A stretch of 64,000 nt of DNA from NCBI GenBank assembly GCA_964016885.1, contig OZ024762.1, positions 4,588,001 to 4,652,000 on the forward strand, read 5' to 3'. The translations under genes and the position numbers were made by a program. Source of the stretch: Eledone cirrhosa (lineage: Eukaryota). Shown here piece after piece: positions 56,773 through 64,000 of the stretch; the first letter of the stretch is position 1, and each line of letters opens with the position of its first letter. Below the pieces are notes generated by a model. It searched no databases and was not told where the DNA came from. It saw only the letters and a program-made list of their open reading frames with translations.

Positions 56773-57344
56773 TACCACTACTGCTACTACTATTAATTAC
56801 AACGATTACTCGCAATCGAGTATGACTTAATAGTGTTTTAGATGTCGATGTAATCATAAGCAGACACTGACATCTTCTTGCCAGTACTAGGGAGCCCCGA
56901 AAAGGGCCATAGGCATTGACTGGGTGCTAGACTTAAACTGTAACCTAGTTTAACACTACCACCTGGTCCTTGGGTGTCTTTAGCAGAATCCGTTCTATTG
57001 CTGGGTGGTAAACTTAATCTGTCACCCAATTTAACACTACCTGGTTTTGGGGTGTATTGTAACTGAGACCGCTCTGTGATAAACATTCAGAGCAAGTCTC
57101 TATTTTGAAATGATTGATCTCCCTATCCCCTAACAGTCCGTGAAGCCTTGAAAACCGTATTGACTGCTACCCTAACATAGTTGACCAAACAGTAAAAAAA
57201 TATATTCTCGTGTATTTAAGCTCAACTGAGTCTACGATTCACATTTGATGTAGAGACAGAGTTGGCAAGTGATTGAATAGGGTTTGACGGTGAGATGGAT
57301 TTAGCAGGTCATTGAGTAGGGTTTGACGGAGAGATGGAATTGGC

Positions 57345-58014
57345 CAGTTAGTGGATAGATCGAGTGACCAGAGACAAACTAAGTAGGTCAGTGAGTAGAT
57401 CGAGTGACCAGAGACAAACTTGGTAGGTCAGTGGATAGATCAAGTGACCAGAGACAAACTAAGTAGGTCAGTGAGTAGATCGAGTGACCAGAGACAAACT
57501 TGGTAGGTCAGTGGATAGATCAAGTGACCAGAGACAGACGTAGTAGGTCAGTGGGTAGATCAAGTGACCAGAGATAAACTGGGTAGGTCAGTGAGTAGAT
57601 CAAGTGACCAGAGATAAACTGGGTAGGTCAGTGGGTAGATCGAGTGACCAGAGAGAAACTGGGTAGGTCAGTGGGTAGATCGAGTGACCAGAGAGAAACT
57701 GGGTAGGTCAGTGGGTAGATCAAGTGACCAGAGATAAACTGGGTAGGTCAGTGGGTAGATCGAGTGACCAGAGAGAAACTGGGTAGGTCAGTGGGTAGAT
57801 CAAGTGACCAGAGATAAACTGGGTAGGTCAGTGGGTAGATCGAGTGACCAGAGAGAAACTGGGTAGGTCAGTGGGTAGATCAAGTGACCAGAGAGAAACT
57901 GGGTAGGTCAGTGGGTAGATCAAGTGACCAGAGAGAAACTGGGTAGGTCAGTGGGTAGATCAAGTGACCAGAGAGAAACTGGGTAGGTCAGTGAGTAGAT
58001 CAAGTGACCAGAGA
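57345..58014. repeat. 40-bp minisatellite, ~16 copies
   Basis: Unit GTAGATCAAGTGACCAGAGAGAAACTGGGTAGGTCAGTGG. Confidence 0.95.
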
Positions 58015-58750
58015 CTTAAGAGTGGAAATACAAGAATATCAGTTGATATCATCTAGACAAAAGATATCCAAGACTGTGTTTAGTTATAAAGACACAGGAA
58101 ACGCGTGGAAAGTAAGCAATGAACTAACATGAAGATGGTAAATACCGACTGTTTAGGTATGTATAACCCTTTAATGTTCAAACCGGCCAAAACCGGCCAG
58201 AATTCTCTACCTGTTTCTGTTGAAACTGGCTGTAACTGGTCGCTCAAACTGATGTTAAGGTATTGTTCTCAAAATAAATACTTTCAAAATCTCATAGATT
58301 CGATATTATGTGAGGTAATTATGTGAAGTAAAAACTTTACCACACAAATACAATAGTATATATAGAGTACTGTGAAGGGTTACATGTGTACATACATACA
58401 CACACACATAGCTCCAGGCTCTTGTTACTGCAATTGGTGCCTTGTGTGATATCAAAGATTGTTATTGTTGTCGTTGTTGATGTCGTTGTTAACATTGTTG
58501 TGGTTCTTGTTGTTGTCGTTATTGTTACTGTCGTTGTTGTTGTCGTTGTTGATGTTGTCGTCGTCCTTATTGTTGTGGCTGTTGCGGTGTCGCTGTCATT
58601 ATTGCAGGTGCTATATTTCGTATTGTTGTTGTTGATGTTGTGGTCGTTTTTATTATCATCGCTGTTGTTGTCGTTGTTGTTGTCGTAGTTGTTGTCATTG
58701 TTGTTGTTGGTGGTGTGTATCTAGGATCATGACATTACCATCGTCAGCCG

Positions 58751-59039
58751 AACACCCTAACCACTAGGCTAGCTACCATCCCAGTACTATCAACACCCTA
58801 ACCACTAGGCTAGCTACACCCCAGTACTATCAACACCCTAACCACTAGGCTAGCTACCACCCCAGTACTATCAACACCCTAACCACTAGGCTAGCTACAC
58901 CCCAGTACTATCAACACCCTAACCACTAGGCTAGCTACCACCCCAGTACTATCAACACCCTAACCACTAGGCTAGCTACCACCCCAGTACTATCAACACC
59001 CTAACCACTAGGCCAGCTACCACCCCAGTACTATCAACA
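58751..59039. repeat. 40-41-bp minisatellite, 7 copies, derived from a tRNA-SINE head
   Basis: Unit AACACCCTAACCACTAGGCTAGCTACCACCCCAGTACTATC; reverse complement contains TAGCCTAGTGGTTAGGG (A-box-like). Confidence 0.9.
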
Positions 59040-59117
59040 GTTGTAACACACAACACGTTTGTTTATTATGATGTCCACCAGTGATGTGTGTATTTAGTAC
59101 AAGTCAGCCTGACCTAA

Positions 59118-59165
<48 letters not shown>

Positions 59166-59252
59166 TCTCTTCTTCCCTCTCCTTCTTTCTCTCAGTGTTA
59201 CGTATCAGTATAATATATATATATATGCATGTATATATATATATATATATAT

Positions 59253-59492
59253 AGAAGAGAGTATGACCCCGACGGCAGAACTCAAGCCGTTTCGACGGCT
59301 ATTTCTTGACTAAAGTAAGAGTTTTTTGTTTTATTTTTTTTTAAACTCTTACTTTAGTCCAGAAATAGCCGTCAAAACGGCTTGAGCTCTGCCGTCGGGG
59401 TCATACTCTCTCCTATTACCCACTCTACTACCCTAAGTATTGAGTACTCTGGTGCGTTATGGTCCATCTGGTTCCTTACTGCAACTAGTCCG

Positions 59493-59494
<2 letters not shown>
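59253..59494 (+). mobile_element. Family A palindrome-headed element
   Basis: Same arms and tail, with an extended inner palindrome; flanked by (TA)n. Confidence 0.65.
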
Positions 59495-59533
<39 letters not shown>

Positions 59534-59877
59534 GATAAATCCACCAATTAATGGTAGGGTCTAAGCCGTATGAAGAACTCAATGTAATCCGTATGTAGAT
59601 GTCGTGAAGCAAAGTAAGTTTAAAATACAAAATGTCAACGATATAATTCATTGAATACAGTCAAATATACAAATAGTGAAAACAATGAAATTAAACAAAA
59701 AACGGTTAATTCATAGTAAAACTCATTATTTTACGATCGTTTCTGGGGGGTTAATTCATAGTAAAACTCATTATTAAAGCCACGTATACAGGGAACTACC
59801 CCCCAGAATCGATCGTAAAATAATGAGTTTTACTATGAATTAACCGTTTTTTGTTTAATTTCATTGTTTTCACTATT

Positions 59878-59933
<56 letters not shown>

Positions 59934-60829
59934 TATATATGTAGATAAATCTACCAAAATATACCCAAATATCATGAAAAGAGAAGATGTATTCAAAAAT
60001 GTTTTCGATGAAAATCACAGGAAAACAGAGTCAAGAAATGTGGCAAAAAATGTGCTGTACCTGTAATTCAAAAGGCAAGCCTTGTCACACAGTGTCACAC
60101 TGAATCTCCCTGAGAACTACGTTAATAGTATGCGTGTCTGTGGAATGCTCAGCCACTTGCACGTTAATTTCGCGAGCAGGCTGTTCCATTGATCGAATCA
60201 ACTGGAACAATCATCGTCGTAACCGACGGAATGCAGTGTATCTCGTGTGTGTGTGTGTCTGTCTGTGTGTGTGTCAGTGCTGTTTGTATATGTGGGTGGG
60301 TGTGTCACAGCGAAATATCATTTCTAACATTGGCATAAAGCCAGAAAAGTTTAGTAGGTTGAATTATATCAACCTCAGTATTTTACTGGTATTTTCTGAT
60401 ACCAAGAATTATCCTCTAAAGGGAATGGATGACAGACAAAGCTGATTTCGGCGAGATTAGCAAATCTCTAACAAAAGACATGGCTTACGGTTTATAGATA
60501 ATTCTGAAAATAATCACCAACTCGGGGCAGTTTGGAATATATATATATACAACTGTCTCGCTGTTTACCTGGTGTTTGTAATATAACTAACATTCTCATT
60601 AATTATCAGATGCTTGGAACATAACTTAACAAAGGTTCTTAAATAGAATTATCATAGAAGACTATTTAGGTAAATATAAGCACTTCAACCCTTTCGTTAC
60701 TATATTCTTAATGAAAAGTTTTCGAATAATTTTGAAAATAATCAAGAATTTGGAGGGAGTTTGGAATATAGCTAAGATTCTCGTTATTTCTCTGGTGTTT
60801 GGAACATAACTTATATCCATATATCCATA

Positions 60830-60859
<30 letters not shown>

Positions 60860-60860
<1 letters not shown>

Positions 60861-61154
60861 GAGGACTTTTTATTATTATATTATTCTTATTGTTATGCCT
60901 TTTTCTTTTCTCGCATTTATGTAAACTCCCCCCTGTGTATTTGTCCCTTTCTCTTGTGCCCTAGTGGCAAATAAAGAAATATATCTATCTATCTATCTAT
61001 CTATCTATCTACCCATTTGTGGCGCTTCCCCCCTATTGGGGATTTCGATTGTTATAATTGTTTGTTTTATATTTTTTACACGACTGTATGTAAAATCTCC
61101 GGCATGTCTTTGTATTGTCCCCTTTTCTTGTGCGCCCTTGTGGCAAATAAAGAA

Positions 61155-61188
<34 letters not shown>

Positions 61189-61190
61189 AT
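60860..61190 (+). mobile_element. Two tandem non-LTR retrotransposon 3' tails (AATAAA + (TATC)n); inverse copy ~43180-43270
   Basis: TATGTAAA...TTGTCCC...GTGGCAAATAAAGAAAT(CTAT)n repeated twice. Confidence 0.55.
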
Positions 61191-61757
61191 ATGAACACGA
61201 TGTCTTCTACATGGTTATTCTAAAGGATAGAAATAGCAGCTAAATGTCTCTGAAATTACTCAATGACCGAAAGAAAGACGAGTTGGTCGTGATTAGAGCG
61301 GCTTTAAATCATACATCTGTCCAGTTAGGACTGACCTAGGGCTAAACAACAGCACACACAACACCAACAGCAACAACACGAAGATGAAGATTACAGTGAC
61401 ATCCATACGAAACATGCAATAAGATCATTAGTTTCTGATATAAGTTGTTCAAAATATGACATGGGACTATTATCTCTCGACAACACGTGTGGCCATCTTC
61501 AATGGAAACAGTGTATATCATCAAAACATTTGTGTTTGTATACAGACATGTGTGTGTTTGTGTATGTGCCGTCCGTGTGAATGTATGTATGTTTATGTGC
61601 ATGTCCGAGTGTCTGTGTGTGTGTCAATGACCATGCATGTGTATGTGTGTGTGTGAATGACCATGCGTGTGTATGTGAGTGTTTGTGCGTATGTGTGTGT
61701 GACTGTCTGTGTGTGACTGTCTGTGCGTATGTATAAATACTCCCCCAATAACATGCT

Positions 61758-61849
<92 letters not shown>

Positions 61850-62038
61850 CATGTATATATATATATATATATATACATGTATATATATATATATATATAC
61901 ATATATATGTATATATATATACATATATATGTATATATATACATGTATATATATATACATATATATATATACATATATACATATATATATACATATATAT
62001 ATATATGTATATATATACATATATATATGTATATATAT

Positions 62039-62237
62039 AGTTTTAATATAGATGAGATTCTACAGGACTAGAACTGTTTCATTCATTAGAAATCATCAGG
62101 AATCCTGATGATTTCTAATGAATGAAACAGTTCTAGTCCTGTAGAATCTCATCTATATTAAAACTGTTATACTCTGCTATGTATTGAGTAACCTACCTTA
62201 CTTACTGTGGTTACCTCCGATTCAACCCGGAATAACG
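62039..62237 (+). mobile_element. Second copy of the palindrome-headed hammerhead-like element
   Basis: Inverted repeat 62039-62165 centred at 62102; CTGATGA at 62105-11; same tail as the 54638 copy; embedded in (TA)n. Confidence 0.7.
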
Positions 62238-62243
62238 TATATG

Positions 62244-62274
<31 letters not shown>

Positions 62275-62713
62275 ATATATATATGTGTGTATATATATAT
62301 ATACATATGTATGTATATAAATATATACATATATATGTATGTAAATATATACATATATATGTATGTAAATATATACATATATATGTATGTAAATATATAC
62401 ATATATATGTATGTATGTATACATATATATATGTATGTATATATATATACATATATATATATATACATATATATATGTATGTATATATATATATACATAT
62501 ATATACATATATATATGTATGTATATATATATATATACATGTATATATACATATATATACACACTTACATATGCACATATATATATATATATATATATAC
62601 ATATATATAGAGAGATTGGTATCATCATCTTGAAAAGTTTTCTATATATTTTCCTTCAATTTTTATTGCTAAATATATATATATATGTGCATATATATAC
62701 ATATATACAACCT

Positions 62714-62751
<38 letters not shown>

Positions 62752-63066
62752 CATATCCATGCATATATATATACACACACATATATATATATATATCCAT
62801 GCATATATATATATACACACACACATATATATATATCCATATATATATCCATGCATATATATATACACACACACATATATATATATATATATCCATGCAT
62901 ATATATATATACACACACACATATATATACACACACATATATATATACACACACACATATATATATATACACACACATATATATACACACACACACACAT
63001 ATATATACACACACACACACATATATATACACACACACATATATATACACACACACACATATATAT

Positions 63067-63128
<62 letters not shown>

Positions 63129-63132
63129 ATGC

Positions 63133-63176
<44 letters not shown>

Positions 63177-63277
63177 ATATATATATATCCATGCATATAT
63201 ATATATATCCATTCTTATCCATGTGTATATATATATAAACATATAAGGATTCATTCATTCATACATACATACATGCA

Positions 63278-63337
<60 letters not shown>

Positions 63338-63416
63338 AAGTATATAAACAAATAAAAACAAACGATAATAAAAACAAAAACAAAAATATAAACTCAATAA
63401 AAGTATATTTACTCAC

Positions 63417-63524
63417 CCTCTGTATGACCAAAGGTGTCGTGAGATCCTTTCCGCCTTGCAGACGAATTCCCCATGGGGTCGTGAAAGAATCCCTGTACAG
63501 ATTTATCTGTAACTGGGTCATCAT
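63417..63524 (-). CDS. First coding exon of a PDZ-domain protein of the PDZ-LIM (Zasp/ALP/Enigma, PDLIM) family; N-terminal part of the PDZ domain
   Basis: Translates MMTQLQINLYRDSFTTPWGIRLQGGKDLTTPLVIQR, with the PWG(F/I)RLQGGKD motif typical of Zasp/PDLIM PDZ domains. In-frame TGA six codons upstream of the ATG. Ends at a canonical phase-0 donor AGG|GTGAGT (intron begins at 63416). Confidence 0.9.
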
Positions 63525-64000
63525 TCTCCTAACCTTATGTCATATCACAACAAGAAATAAATCTTACTTTTTTTTTTCCTTTTCGGAAAAAAAAAATTTC
63601 AGCTAATTTTCTTGTTTTTTCAGAGGTGACGGCGTAAATAATCGGAATTATTCGGCCATCAAAAAGTTGTCGTCTGGTTTTCTTCAATTTTTTTTTTTTT
63701 TCCTCTTCCAATATTTATTCACGCTTCGTTAGTTGTCTAATTACTTTCGTAATTCAAAATTATTGTTATTATTATCAAATTATTTCTTTTTCTCTCTTAT
63801 AATAATTATTTCGTTATTATTATTAGCAGTAAAAGTAGTATTTGTATATTTATTATTTGTTATTTTGATACGAAGTTTTAGTTGGTACCCTCTCGACGAC
63901 TTTAGCGTGCCGAACTGTCTCCGGCTGGATTCGATTCTAAATTTGCATTCTTGTTCACGTCCTTAATGAGTTGTGTTGCATCGAACTGAAAAAATACGAA
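63525..64000 (-). promoter_or_regulatory. Probable 5' UTR / proximal promoter of the PDZ-LIM gene
   Basis: Non-repetitive, relatively CpG-containing sequence directly upstream of the ATG exon; TSS cannot be located from sequence alone. Confidence 0.4.

Noticed and set aside
56838-57086. 82-aa minus-strand ORF (RSQLQYTPKPGSVKLG...) as a downstream exon of the PDZ gene
   Set aside because: Does not continue the PDZ fold, contains an internal duplication, and the best acceptor is out of phase with exon 1.

Overview
Eukaryotic, AT-rich, repeat-dominated genomic DNA. The microsatellite load ((TA)n, (CA)n, (ATGT)n, (GGT)n), the abundant ~190-bp tRNA-derived SINE and the RTE LINE debris look like a coleoid cephalopod (octopus) genome; this is inferred from repeat style. 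Almost all ORFs in the track are microsatellite artefacts. The only convincing host coding sequence is the first coding exon of a PDZ-LIM/Zasp-family PDZ protein on the minus strand (63417-63524). No second PDZ exon is recognisable, so most of the window is probably its first intron or intergenic DNA. The most notable signal is an RNA system: four identical 310-bp tandem units (49464-50703), each with a type I hammerhead ribozyme (extended helix I, palindromic minimal helix III) inside a highly structured monomer, i.e. a candidate non-LTR retrozyme / circular-RNA producer. Around it are several dispersed Penelope-like families with minimal hammerheads or palindromic heads sitting in (TA)n tracts. 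Also present: a three-copy bipartite RTE-derived element, RTE and Vingi-like LINE fragments, a hAT MITE with TSD, Tc1-like MITEs and several minisatellites. All coordinates were read by eye; repeat boundaries are approximate to a few bases.
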